From a virus (taxonomy: Duplodnaviria > Caudoviricetes), in IMG/VR virus record IMGVR_UViG_3300042508_000526: DNA of 64,000 bases, one strand, 5' to 3'. A program made the position numbers and the translations under genes. The notes under the pieces were generated by a model. The model made no database searches, had not been told where the DNA came from, and saw only the letters and a program-made list of their open reading frames with translations. Of the stretch, positions 24,718 through 34,163 are shown one piece after another. Within the stretch, counting starts at the first letter, position 1. Each line of letters begins with the position of its first letter.

Positions 24718-25095
24718 CTAATCTAGGCTGGCGGTACAAGCAAGCCACGCATGATACTGCGCGACTCGCTCAATATTGGGATCAACGTCCCTTATCACGA
24801 CAGCATCATCCATTGATGCCAGTTCACCACGAAGTAACGCCGCTTGCCATTCGTGATACAGTCGTGCCATGTGACCGCGCAGACTCTTTGCTGTGCGGGC
24901 AAGGACTCTTTCTTTCAGATACGCGGCTTTTTCCCAAAAGCCATTAATCCTACTCAACTCGTCTGCATGCTTTTCGGCCGTATTGTCGAAAAGCTTTTGG
25001 ACTTTGTCTGAGACGAGTTGAAACTGAGGCGGCTGCTTGCGGCACCGTTTAGTGACCGCTAAGCGGACGCCGTCAGTTGCGGCGACAAGAGACAT
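24718..25095 (-). CDS. Hypothetical protein
   Basis: 125 aa, GGAG RBS. Confidence 0.65.
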   Translation of the reverse strand: MSLVAATDGVRLAVTKRCRKQPPQFQLVSDKVQKLFDNTAEKHADELSRINGFWEKAAYLKERVLARTAKSLRGHMARLYHEWQAALLRGELASMDDAVVIRDVDPNIERVAQYHAWLACTASLD

Positions 25096-25116
25096 GCGTT
25101 AACTCCGTTGTAACGC
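25096..25116 (-). promoter_or_regulatory. Candidate CsrA-type RBS hairpin
   Basis: GCGUUA-C-A-ACGGAG-U-UAACGC immediately before the AUG. Confidence 0.45.
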
Positions 25117-25203
25117 GTTTCAGAAGAGCCACTGATACGACACAGCAGCGACAATTAATATGCCGCGATTTTGGCGAAAATTTAGCGCCGGCTGTGTCGC
25201 GAC

Positions 25204-25233
25204 TGTCAAGTTTTGTTGCAAAAAAACTTGACA
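25204..25233. repeat. 11-bp inverted repeat with outward-facing TTGACA hexamers
   Basis: TGTCAAGTTTT-N8-AAAACTTGACA. Confidence 0.7.
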
Positions 25234-25241
25234 TAGTGCAA

Positions 25242-25321
25242 CCGCCGCCCCGCGCTGCCTAAGAGCATGGAGCCCGCGGGCCACGTGGTACGTGACCCTT
25301 CAGCAGACCGCAGGGCGGCGG
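25242..25321 (-). ncRNA. Candidate structured RNA hairpin
   Basis: CCGCCGCCC/GGGCGGCGG outer stem extended by GCG and CTGC/GCAG pairs; preceded by the same TAGGCTGCG(G)ATC motif as the 24631 hairpin. Confidence 0.4.
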
Positions 25322-25351
25322 AAGATCGCAGCCTACACGTGGCAGGTGCGG

Positions 25352-25654
25352 CTAGAAGGTTAACTGCACGACGGAGCCGCTATTGCTGGCGTAAACAACG
25401 CGAACCTTCGCCGTGTTGAGCAGCGTCTTTAGTTCTTTCTTTTTCTGATCGCTCATGCCGGCCAGACAAGATTTGATTTGCGCCATAGCGGCACGTTGTT
25501 TGTCTTGCCGCTTTTTAGCACATGCGCCGCAGCCGACATTTCCGGTTTTAAACAGATCTTTTTTGTTTATGAAGCACGGAATTGTTTCTGCGTATGCGGG
25601 GTCAGCCAGCAACGACAGAATTGTGCTGTCTTCTAAAACAACTAAATCACGCAT
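25352..25654 (-). CDS. Small CxxC protein
   Basis: GCGAC motif followed by a basic helix. Confidence 0.7.
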   Translation of the reverse strand: MRDLVVLEDSTILSLLADPAYAETIPCFINKKDLFKTGNVGCGACAKKRQDKQRAAMAQIKSCLAGMSDQKKKELKTLLNTAKVRVVYASNSGSVVQLTF

Positions 25655-25662
25655 ACGGCACG

Positions 25663-26478
25663 CTATGTTACGAGAACGGGAGTGACGTTACCTGTGGTCG
25701 CATAATCGCCGTAGCCGCTCACATTTACGGCAGCCACGCGAAATTTGTAGGCTGTGCCGTTTGTCAAACCTGTGACCGTAAACGCTGTGCTGGTCGATAT
25801 GGGGCGTGACACGGTTGTCCAGCTAGGCGTACCAGCGGCTAGTGTTTTTTGTACCTGATAATCCGTGATAACCGCGCCGCCATTATTTGTCGGGGCAGTC
25901 CAAGACAGCGCGACCTGTTGATTACCCGGCGTGGCAACAAGGTTAGTTGGAGCGGCCGGTGCTACAGGAGGCACGCCAACCCACGACTGCCCACCCGGAA
26001 GTAGATCGTCGGCGAGATCGAGCGTGTCTTTTAGGCGCTGTACGTCTTCCAGCACGTTTTCAATAAATGACTCGACTTCCGCGCGAGACCGGAGTAAAAC
26101 GTCGACATAGTTCAGGCGAAACCATTCTGGCCGGTAATTCGGAATGGGGTCGTCTTCAGGGTACTCTTCGAGATCGGTCGGCGAGCAAACGTGATCAAAC
26201 GCGCCTACACGCTCGTCTTCGCCCGGTTTCATGGGGAGCAGCAGGTACGCAAAGATCTTTTCGGGCATCAGCATTGCGTCGCTGGCCGTGATGCGCACCC
26301 GAATGCCGTCTACGCTGTTGAAGTTATACCGGCTTACCTGCCACGTTAAACGCACGTGCCGCCCGTTCGATGGTTGGGGCGGTGGCGTGGCGATTACGGG
26401 GTCATAGAAATTAAGCCCCAGCGTATCTGGAAGCTCAATGACGCCTTCGATGGGTGTTGGGTCGCAATTAGACGGCAT
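25663..26478 (-). CDS. Fibronectin type III domain virion protein
   Basis: PAAPTNLVATPGNQQVALSWTAP...ITDYQVQ...FTVTGLTNGTAYKFRVAAVN. Confidence 0.85.
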   Translation of the reverse strand: MPSNCDPTPIEGVIELPDTLGLNFYDPVIATPPPQPSNGRHVRLTWQVSRYNFNSVDGIRVRITASDAMLMPEKIFAYLLLPMKPGEDERVGAFDHVCSPTDLEEYPEDDPIPNYRPEWFRLNYVDVLLRSRAEVESFIENVLEDVQRLKDTLDLADDLLPGGQSWVGVPPVAPAAPTNLVATPGNQQVALSWTAPTNNGGAVITDYQVQKTLAAGTPSWTTVSRPISTSTAFTVTGLTNGTAYKFRVAAVNVSGYGDYATTGNVTPVLVT

Positions 26479-26479
26479 G

Positions 26480-26755
26480 TTATTCCTCCGGCAGCACTCG
26501 GCCTGCAATTGTTACTTGTCCGGGCGTTGTTGAGCGTACGTAACCCAGCGCCGCGCCATTGATATCTGTAACGCCGGGCTGGGTGATGGTCGCCGTGCCT
26601 GACGTTACGAGTAGCTCTACCTGTCTTCCGGCGACGGGTAAATCATTGTGGTCGCGCAGCCGGACTCGTATAGCCGCTGACGCAACCCCATCTGCCGCCA
26701 CGTGTGGTTTTGTGGCATACAGGATCTTTGAGTTTTCCGGGCTGACATAACTCAT
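26480..26755 (-). CDS. Bacterial Ig-like (Big_1/invasin-type) protein
   Basis: ADGVASAAIRVRLRD.ND.PVAG..V...TD.NG.A...V.STTPG.VTI. Confidence 0.75.
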   Translation of the reverse strand: MSYVSPENSKILYATKPHVAADGVASAAIRVRLRDHNDLPVAGRQVELLVTSGTATITQPGVTDINGAALGYVRSTTPGQVTIAGRVLPEE

Positions 26756-27120
26756 GGAAATGTATACCGTGTTGGCGCGGACGTATTTGGCGGCGAATAG
26801 TATATTGTAACACCTGTAGATTCGACTTTATCGTCTTTTGCCACGAGTCGAATAAAGCGCTGCACAACGTCTGGGTTTTCTGTTTTGAAACCCTCTAGCG
26901 CTGTTAAAAACGCAGACACGCACGGGTAAAGCACGTTTGTGTCAGCGCGGCAACGGCAGCCATTCTTTTTGGCCGATTCGTTAAACGCGGCACGGCAATC
27001 GTTGAACGTCGGTTTTAAATGCGCGAGTTCAGGAAAACTATCAAAAAAATCTGCTTGTTGGGTAATTTGCATTATGTTATCGCGGCTTAGCGATATCATT
27101 CGCGTAATGCGAGTAGCCAT
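26752..27120 (-). CDS. Small Cys-containing protein, possible paralog of 25352..25654
   Basis: GCRC motif before a helix; similar length and C-terminal beta strand. Confidence 0.65.
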   Translation of the reverse strand: MATRITRMISLSRDNIMQITQQADFFDSFPELAHLKPTFNDCRAAFNESAKKNGCRCRADTNVLYPCVSAFLTALEGFKTENPDVVQRFIRLVAKDDKVESTGVTIYYSPPNTSAPTRYTFP

Positions 27121-27167
27121 TGGTTACCTCGTTGGTGACAGGCGCATTCTAATGACAATGCGCGATC

Positions 27168-28139
27168 TCAGACAGACGCAGATGCAGCTTCGCGGATAGC
27201 GGCGCGAAGAGTTGCGTTGGTCTGTACCGCGATAATCAATTGCGCAAGCGTTAACTCGCCGGCTGGCCCGGACGGACCTGTCGGGCCTGTCGCGCCAGCT
27301 GGACCGGTCGGGCCTTGTGGGCCTGCCGGGCCTATTGCGCCGGGATTACCGCATGGCCCCGTCGGCCCCATCTGGCCGACACCTGACGCCCCCGTTGGAC
27401 CGATTGGGCCCTGTGGCCCAGCTGGTCCTGTCGGGCCAGTGGCGCCTTTTGCGCCGCTCGGGCCTTGGTCGCCGCGGAAACCGCGTAAACCAGTTGGTCC
27501 GGACGCGCCTTGTGGCCCCTGCTGGCCTTGCGGTCCTTGCGCGCCTTGCGGGCCGGCAAGGCCCTGCGGCCCTATTAAGCCCTGTAAGCCCTGCGGGCCT
27601 GCGGGACCTACCGGACCACGTAAACCTGTTGGACCGGTCTGTCCGCGCGTCCCAGACGGCCCAGTGGGGCCTGTAGGGCCTGTGGCACCTTTAGCGCCAC
27701 TTGGCCCAGTGGGACCTGTCGGGCCGCGTGGACCTGTTGGGCCGGTCGGGCCGGTTGGGCCTGTAGGGCCTGTTGGCCCCGTAGGTCCGCGAAGACCTGT
27801 TGGGCCGGTCGGACCAGTCGGGCCGGTTGGGCCTCTATCGCCTGTTAATCCCGTTGGACCGGTAGGCCCCGTAGGTCCGGTAGGACCGCGTGGCCCAGCT
27901 GGTCCTGTCGGGCCTGTAGCGCCTTTGTCGCCTTTAAGGCCCTGCAGTCCGCGCGCACCTTGTGGCCCGCGTGCGCCGGCTGGTCCTGTAGGTCCTTGCG
28001 GCCCGGCTGGGCCTGCTGGCCCCGGCGGACCTTCCGGGCAAATTCCACAGCCGCCGGTAGTCGCGGCGAGTATTGGGCCGTCGTACGGTACGACAACGGG
28101 CTCAAAGTCGGGCGACTGATTTTGTGTTGTGTCATCCAT
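27168..28139 (-). CDS. Collagen-like fibre protein (short)
   Basis: About 86 Gly-X-Y triplets (GPT-rich); N-terminal CGIC; C-terminal [11 protein letters not shown] helix. Confidence 0.85.
   Translation of the reverse strand: MDDTTQNQSPDFEPVVVPYDGPILAATTGGCGICPEGPPGPAGPAGPQGPTGPAGARGPQGARGLQGLKGDKGATGPTGPAGPRGPTGPTGPTGPTGLTGDRGPTGPTGPTGPTGLRGPTGPTGPTGPTGPTGPTGPRGPTGPTGPSGAKGATGPTGPTGPSGTRGQTGPTGLRGPVGPAGPQGLQGLIGPQGLAGPQGAQGPQGQQGPQGASGPTGLRGFRGDQGPSGAKGATGPTGPAGPQGPIGPTGASGVGQMGPTGPCGNPGAIGPAGPQGPTGPAGATGPTGPSGPAGELTLAQLIIAVQTNATLRAAIREAASASV
27258..28031 (-). repeat. Gly-X-Y collagen repeat
   Basis: 9-nt periodic tract in the coding sequence. Confidence 0.9.
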
Positions 28140-28143
28140 GCTA

Positions 28144-31100
28144 TTAGTCGTTTAGTACGGCGCGCAGTGCTTCGCGCAAATTTGTGTTTGTTTGTAGTTG
28201 TGCGATGAACTCAGTTAAGAACGCGGCGTTTTTTACAAGCTCTGCCGGGTTAATCGTTATCGCGCCGTTTATCGCCGAACTATTGGCGGAGATGGTGCCG
28301 CTGCCGATAGCCGTAGGCGTAAATGTAATTATACCGCCGGCTGGTATCTGACCCGCCGGTCCAGACGGGCCTGTCGGTCCTGTTGCGCCCGGGTTACCGC
28401 ACGGACCCGTAGCACCCGCCGGCCCTGTTAAACCAGCGGGGCCTGTTGGGCCTGTTGCGCCGGTCGGACCGATCGGACCAGTTTGACCGCGCGTCCCAGA
28501 CGGACCGGTAGGACCCGTTACACCCGTCGGGCCGCGAAGACCTGTCGGCCCTGCAGGACCGATAGGCCCTGTAGGTCCAGTAACACCTGTTGGACCGCGA
28601 AGGCCGGACGGACCGCTCGCGCCGGTAAGCCCAGCTGCACCTGTAGGCCCTGTAGGTCCGGTAACACCTGTTGGACCCGTCGGCCCGCGCGCCCCGGAAG
28701 CGCCGTTTGGACCTGTTGGTCCGGTCGGCCCAGTCGGACCTGTCGGGCCGGTTGTTCCTTTTGCGCCAGAGGCGCCGCTGGCACCTGTCGGGCCGCTAGG
28801 TCCAGTCGGCCCGGTTGGACCCGTCGGACCTGTCGGGCCAGTAGCGCCTTTTACGCCAGACGCGCCTGTCGGACCAGTGGGCCCAGTTATGCCCTTGTCG
28901 CCCTTGTCGCCCTTTGCGCCTGTTGGGCCTGTCGGACCTACGGCGCCAGTTAAACCTGTTAAGCCAGTCGGGCCGGTAACGCCTTTATCGCCTTTTAGAC
29001 CTGTTGCGCCTGTTGGACCTGTTGGGCCTGTCGCGCCGGTGGGTCCGGTAGGTCCGGTTACGCCAGTAGCGCCAGTAGCGCCTTTGTCGCCGGTGCAGCC
29101 TGTCGGCCCTTCCGGTCCTTGCGGGCCGATAATGCTGAGGCCCGGAAAACCCTGAAAGCCGCGATCTCCCTGATCGCCTTTGTCGCCTTTGTCGCCTTTT
29201 AAACCCTGTAGGCCCTGCTGCCCGGGCATACCCATCGGACCCATCGGCCCCATCGGACCTATCGGGCCGGCGACACCAGCAACGCCCTGATCGCCCTTGT
29301 CGCCTTTATCTCCTTTGTCGCCCTTGGGGCCAGTATTGCCGGTGTCGCCTTTTTCACCTTTCGGCCCCGGTGTTCCGCCACCGCTTCCGCCACTCGCGCT
29401 ATCGCAGTCGACTGTTTCAATGTATACGTCGACCTTGAGCGAGTTGCCATTTATCTTTGTTTCTGTGTAACCGATAGACGCGCCTGTTCCGCTGCCGTAT
29501 ACAGTGCCGCTTTCTGTCGCAAGACCTGTTTGCGTTAAGGACGCTTCTACTCTGTAAATGCACTCTGCGCCGCCGCCGACATTAATAATCGAAATTGTTC
29601 CGCCGGTGACGGGCGTCCAGTTTGCGACTTCGCCGTACCCGGGCTGGTATGTTGTGCCGCCGCTGACCGATATTGTGCCGCTTTGAAACGTCGGGCAATC
29701 GGTAAGCGCTTTGAGTTTGATGTATGGCCGCAGCAAGAACCGGCACGGGCCGACCTGATTGACGATGATCTCGCCATAGTTATCGAGATTGGGACCGGCG
29801 TAAACCGTACCCTGCTCGCCCTCCAACTCGACGACGCACGGTTTCGGCAGATACAGCATCAAATCGGCTTGGACTTCGCAGTACTCGCCCGGATAGAAAT
29901 TCGGCGTGACGTTGAAGTAGCCGTACGCAGATGCCTGCTCTGGTAATTCTGTAATGTTGACCGTGCCGTTCCATGTTGTGCACGGCGGGCGCGGAAGCTT
30001 GATGTAGATATCTAGAATGAAATCAAAGCAGCATTTCGGCGGTTCGTTCGTGCCGGTGTTTTCGTTGTACGAGCTGCATTTTTGCACCTCGAAGACAAGC
30101 TCTGTTGCCGGCGCGTCATAACCAACTTCTAGCGTACGCTGTTGAATTGTGAATTCTGGGCATAATGGCCGTGGCGTCGGCACGTCGATGTGAATGTCTA
30201 AAAGATAATTGCACGTGCCCGGGCTATTGCACGACGGCGGTGTTTGAACTTTTGTTAGATTGAAAAAGCTTGCCGTGTTATTTAACCGGCCGGACGGCGC
30301 ATCTTCGTAGTGGCTGTTGACGGTTAAGAACTTGAGAATATTGGGGCACGGCGGGATCGGGAGCGGCACGACAATGTCGAGCGTGATGTCAAAGTCGCAG
30401 ATCTCCGGTTGATCGCAACCGGAGGCTGGCGTAACTGTTTTTTCAATCAACAGCTTCGAGCTACCAGCGACACACGACTGACCAGCATAGCCAGAGCGCA
30501 CCGTGAAAGACTTTGCATTAATCGAAATGCAAGGCGGCTGCGGAATAGGTACAACGATTTCAACGTCGATGTCGAACTCGCACTGGTCCGGCGTATCGCA
30601 GTTGCCGGGGATAACCCGCGGCACAATTTCAAACTTGTTTTCTTTTCCGACGACACACTCTGAGTTTTCGTAGCCGGTGTTTACCGTAAACGTATTTACG
30701 TTGAACGTTGGGCATGGAACCGCCGGAATAGGCACATAAATTTCTAGCTCAAAATTAAACTCACACTGGTCTGGCGTGTCGCAGTCGCCGGGCGTGTGGT
30801 TTGTGCTGATGACAAACTTAGATTCTGGCGCCGTAGAGCACGTTTCGTTTTGAATGTACGTGCCAACCGTAAATGTTTTTGTATTGATGGTTGGGCACGG
30901 GACACGCGGAATTGGAACGAGGATTTCCAGTTCAATATCAAACTCGCACTGATCCGGCGTGTCGCAGGTGCCCGGGATAACGCGCGGCGTGATTTCAAAC
31001 TTACTTCCACCCTGTGCGCACGGCTGATCGCTGTAGCCGGTTGTAACGGTAAACGTTTTTGTGTTGATGACCGGGCAGGGCGGTTGCGGAATTGGAATAA

Positions 31101-32484
31101 GAATCTCAAGCGTGACATCGAACTCACACTGGCCCGGGCTGTTGCAGTCGCCGGGCGTGTGTTTAGTTGTGATTTCAAACTTGTTGTCGCCGGTTAGACA
31201 GGTTTCGTTGTTGTAAGCCGTCTTAACCGAAAAGTTCGGCGAGTTGATGATTGGGCACGGCGGACGCGGGATCGGGATAAGAATTTCAAGCGCGACATCA
31301 AATTCGCACTGCCCCGGACTACCGCAATCACCCGGCGTGTGTTTAGTTGTGATTTCAAACTTGTTTTCGCCGACTAAGCAGTTTTGATCGTCGTAACCTG
31401 TCGTGACCTTGAGGGTCGGCGAGTTAATGATCGGACACGGGACGCGCGGAATCGGGATCAGTATTTCAAGCTCGACGTCGAACTCGCACTGATCGGGGCT
31501 ATTGCAATCGCCGGGTGTATGCCGCGTGCTGATTTCAAGGCGGTTGTCGCCCGTTACGCAGCCTTCGTCTGCGTATCCAGAAACTACGGAAAATTTGCTG
31601 ACGTTAATCGCCGGGCACGGGGTGCGCGGAATCGGCACCAATATCTCCAGCGCGACGTCAAATTCGCAGCGCTCTGGTGTGTTGCAGTCGCCGGGCGTTG
31701 TTGTCGACGTGATTGAAAAATAGTTTTGCCCGTCAGCGACACACGTAGAATCCGAAAAGCCGCTAGTGACCACAAAGTCTGTGACGTTGATCAGCGGGCA
31801 CGGCGGACGCGGAATAGGAATTGCGATCTCCAGCTCAACCGCGAAATCGCACTGGTCTGGCGTGTCGCAGTCGCCGGGCGTGATTGTCGACGTAATAGAA
31901 AACTTGTTTTGCTTATCTGCCATACACGGGTCGTCTGCGAAGCCGGAGCTAACGCCAAACGACGTGACAGATATAGACGGGCACGGCGGTTTCGGAATTG
32001 GTATCTTTAAATCAAGATTAACTTCAAACGAACATTGGTCTGCGGCGCCACAATCACCCGGCGTGATATTCGGGATAATCGTGATGGTGTTCGTTGGCGT
32101 AATGCAGCCCTGATAACCAACCTCGACGTCAAACGCGCCGGCCGTGATAGCTGTACACGGGGTCTGCGGCACAGCAATATTTAGATCCAGCGACAAATCG
32201 TATTTGCATGGATCTACGTCTTTGCGCTCAATACGCAATACACTGCTAGACTCGTCGCAGCTTGGCCCGGCAAAACCGACGCTCACGGTCGATACGGTGT
32301 CGATCGTCGGACACTCGACGCCTACGTCGTCCGGCACGTCACGCGGAATTACCGGGACCGTGCATCCGTAGATCGGCGGCGGCGGTGGGACGATATTACA
32401 GACGTCCGTTACGAAGTCGAAATCGACTTTCGGTACCGGCTCTACAGGACAGTTCGAGTCCTTAAATAGGTTTTCATTGACCAT
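28144..32484 (-). CDS. Long tail fibre: Cys-rich repeats plus collagen helix
   Basis: About 15 ~60-aa Cys repeats, then about 110 Gly-X-Y triplets, then [11 protein letters not shown]. Confidence 0.8.
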   Translation of the reverse strand: MVNENLFKDSNCPVEPVPKVDFDFVTDVCNIVPPPPPIYGCTVPVIPRDVPDDVGVECPTIDTVSTVSVGFAGPSCDESSSVLRIERKDVDPCKYDLSLDLNIAVPQTPCTAITAGAFDVEVGYQGCITPTNTITIIPNITPGDCGAADQCSFEVNLDLKIPIPKPPCPSISVTSFGVSSGFADDPCMADKQNKFSITSTITPGDCDTPDQCDFAVELEIAIPIPRPPCPLINVTDFVVTSGFSDSTCVADGQNYFSITSTTTPGDCNTPERCEFDVALEILVPIPRTPCPAINVSKFSVVSGYADEGCVTGDNRLEISTRHTPGDCNSPDQCEFDVELEILIPIPRVPCPIINSPTLKVTTGYDDQNCLVGENKFEITTKHTPGDCGSPGQCEFDVALEILIPIPRPPCPIINSPNFSVKTAYNNETCLTGDNKFEITTKHTPGDCNSPGQCEFDVTLEILIPIPQPPCPVINTKTFTVTTGYSDQPCAQGGSKFEITPRVIPGTCDTPDQCEFDIELEILVPIPRVPCPTINTKTFTVGTYIQNETCSTAPESKFVISTNHTPGDCDTPDQCEFNFELEIYVPIPAVPCPTFNVNTFTVNTGYENSECVVGKENKFEIVPRVIPGNCDTPDQCEFDIDVEIVVPIPQPPCISINAKSFTVRSGYAGQSCVAGSSKLLIEKTVTPASGCDQPEICDFDITLDIVVPLPIPPCPNILKFLTVNSHYEDAPSGRLNNTASFFNLTKVQTPPSCNSPGTCNYLLDIHIDVPTPRPLCPEFTIQQRTLEVGYDAPATELVFEVQKCSSYNENTGTNEPPKCCFDFILDIYIKLPRPPCTTWNGTVNITELPEQASAYGYFNVTPNFYPGEYCEVQADLMLYLPKPCVVELEGEQGTVYAGPNLDNYGEIIVNQVGPCRFLLRPYIKLKALTDCPTFQSGTISVSGGTTYQPGYGEVANWTPVTGGTISIINVGGGAECIYRVEASLTQTGLATESGTVYGSGTGASIGYTETKINGNSLKVDVYIETVDCDSASGGSGGGTPGPKGEKGDTGNTGPKGDKGDKGDKGDQGVAGVAGPIGPMGPMGPMGMPGQQGLQGLKGDKGDKGDQGDRGFQGFPGLSIIGPQGPEGPTGCTGDKGATGATGVTGPTGPTGATGPTGPTGATGLKGDKGVTGPTGLTGLTGAVGPTGPTGAKGDKGDKGITGPTGPTGASGVKGATGPTGPTGPTGPTGPSGPTGASGASGAKGTTGPTGPTGPTGPTGPNGASGARGPTGPTGVTGPTGPTGAAGLTGASGPSGLRGPTGVTGPTGPIGPAGPTGLRGPTGVTGPTGPSGTRGQTGPIGPTGATGPTGPAGLTGPAGATGPCGNPGATGPTGPSGPAGQIPAGGIITFTPTAIGSGTISANSSAINGAITINPAELVKNAAFLTEFIAQLQTNTNLREALRAVLND
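28351..29376 (-). repeat. Gly-X-Y collagen repeat
   Basis: GPT/GAT/GDK triplets with one GLSIIG interruption. Confidence 0.9.
29700..32310 (-). repeat. Tandem ~180-nt (60-aa) Cys-rich repeats
   Basis: CP.IN...F.V..GY....C......KF.I....TPG.C..P.QC.F.V.LEI..PIP..P; a 35-nt identical stretch near 31151 and 31331. Confidence 0.9.
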
Positions 32485-32487
32485 CGT

Positions 32488-33387
32488 TTACGTGCACGTG
32501 ACTTGAGTATTCGGTCTTTTCTGTACGGTGATTTGTCCGTCCTCTACGCGCACGTCTATACCCGCGCCGCCGATGATCGTAACGTTCGGCCCGCCGAGAC
32601 CGTTGATCGTCGAAATGAGTTCGTCGCACGCCGGACCGCCGCTGTAAAACTTGCTGCCGGCAGGAATTGCTTCTCCGTTGTAAAGCGGGATCTCGCTGCC
32701 GGCGGCGCACAGCGCCGAGTCGTACGAGGCACCTGCGCCCTTGGCTGCCGACACAACAATCTCGTTTGCGCGATTAACTTGCGTAATTTGGCAATTGTAA
32801 CCTTCTTTAAGTTTGACGTCGCCCTTCAAACAACGCGCGTTCACTATGATTGCGCGGTCATCGTTGTTGCTGGTTTGGTTGCACCCGGGGACGCGAATGC
32901 GATCGTAGTTGCCTACGCTGATGGAACGTAAATACGCTTTGTGCAGATTTTGAATACGGGCGGGTTCTAATTGGTACTCGTCTTGGGCAAATGATATTGT
33001 GCCATTGCCGGGCAGCATGGCGCGCAAATCTGTTAATGGTCCGGTGACAAGAAAACCCTCCCAAATTGGTTCTTCAGCGCACTCCAGATCCGCGACAACA
33101 CTTTCACTGTGCACAATTGCCCACTCGTTCAGTAACGCCGACTGCTCAAATACAAGCGCGTTTGGGACGGCGCCGGTGCTGAGCGTAAACCGAAAAATGT
33201 TACTAATGCGCTGCACTGACGACAGCCAAACGGTGTCTATCGCGTCGTCAAAATACGCGTCAAGACCCATGATTATGCCGCAGTCTACAATTGCGCTTGC
33301 GGGTAAGGCAGGTGTCGGCCAGCTTGTTCGATAAACAAACGGGCATGCGCGGTATTCGTTGTCGTTGTAAAAACCGGGACGTGGCAT
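32488..33387 (-). CDS. Baseplate/fibre-associated protein, paralog 5
   Basis: FYNDNEYRACPF, LKGDVKLKEG, TINGLGG motifs. Confidence 0.65.
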   Translation of the reverse strand: MPRPGFYNDNEYRACPFVYRTSWPTPALPASAIVDCGIIMGLDAYFDDAIDTVWLSSVQRISNIFRFTLSTGAVPNALVFEQSALLNEWAIVHSESVVADLECAEEPIWEGFLVTGPLTDLRAMLPGNGTISFAQDEYQLEPARIQNLHKAYLRSISVGNYDRIRVPGCNQTSNNDDRAIIVNARCLKGDVKLKEGYNCQITQVNRANEIVVSAAKGAGASYDSALCAAGSEIPLYNGEAIPAGSKFYSGGPACDELISTINGLGGPNVTIIGGAGIDVRVEDGQITVQKRPNTQVTCT

Positions 33388-34163
33388 TACACAAGACTCC
33401 TGCCGGCAGTGTCGATAACAATTGTTCCGTTATCCGGGTAAATGCGCAACACACTGTCGGCGACTTCTTGATTCGTTGCTGTGAACGTGAAATTACCGTA
33501 ATCGTCTGGGCCGCAGCCGTTGATCGTTTTAAGGTAATTTGGCGCTGGAAAATTCGCCGTTTGTGGTTCGCAAAGCGCGCGTTTAAACAGCGGCACACCA
33601 ACTATGTCGACGCGAATTGTGTTTACGTTTTCGCGGCGCAGAACAACGCCCTGATCGCCAATGAGCCAGATGTCGCCCGTCATTAGCTGCGCGGTAGCAG
33701 GTTGTATAGCTCTGACGCCCGGCTCTAGCGCCGGCCCAGCGACGCTAGCGACAAACTCTGTGGCGGCAACTGTAAATGTGTATGTGCCAACGGCCCACGA
33801 AGAAAACAGCGCAAGATTATCTTCTGTTGATAATAAAACACCGGCCGGACGGCCGTAGCTGTCCTCTACTGCGAGTAACCCGTCGGTCGGCGGCTTGAGC
33901 GGGTCGTAGCTCGCAGATGCGCGATTTGTTGCGCCCGCGTCGCCAATCACTATCGTTACGCGCTGCGTTGCAACAACGATTGACGAAATGTACGGTCGTC
34001 GATTGGCGCCTATTGTAAATAGCGCCGCGTCAACAAACATATCAACGGGTATGACGACATTAGCGTCTGTGGCGCTACGGAGCGTAACAGCGTCAGCAAA
34101 CGGGTAGCGTGACGCCGATTGCTCGTCGCGAAACTGCGGATATAAAATACGTTCGCCGGCCAT
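33387..34163 (-). CDS. Baseplate/fibre-associated protein, paralog 4
   Basis: FRDEQSASRYPF, MTGDIWL, TINGCGPDDYGN. Confidence 0.65.
   Translation of the reverse strand: MAGERILYPQFRDEQSASRYPFADAVTLRSATDANVVIPVDMFVDAALFTIGANRRPYISSIVVATQRVTIVIGDAGATNRASASYDPLKPPTDGLLAVEDSYGRPAGVLLSTEDNLALFSSWAVGTYTFTVAATEFVASVAGPALEPGVRAIQPATAQLMTGDIWLIGDQGVVLRRENVNTIRVDIVGVPLFKRALCEPQTANFPAPNYLKTINGCGPDDYGNFTFTATNQEVADSVLRIYPDNGTIVIDTAGRSLV

Noticed and set aside
25352-25654. Erv/ALR sulfhydryl oxidase call
   Set aside because: CxxC is present, but the FAD-binding W, H and HN motifs are absent
27217-28119. 300-aa plus-strand Gly/Pro ORF (and 28877..29155)
   Set aside because: Mirror of the collagen repeats on the opposite strand
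27258-29376. Short periodic repeats as a CRISPR array or VNTR
   Set aside because: 9-nt codon periodicity inside ORFs; no constant repeat with unique spacers; no cas genes
29700-32310. Near-identical repeats as DGR template/variable regions
   Set aside because: Differences are not adenine-specific, all copies are in-frame coding, and no reverse transcriptase is present in the window
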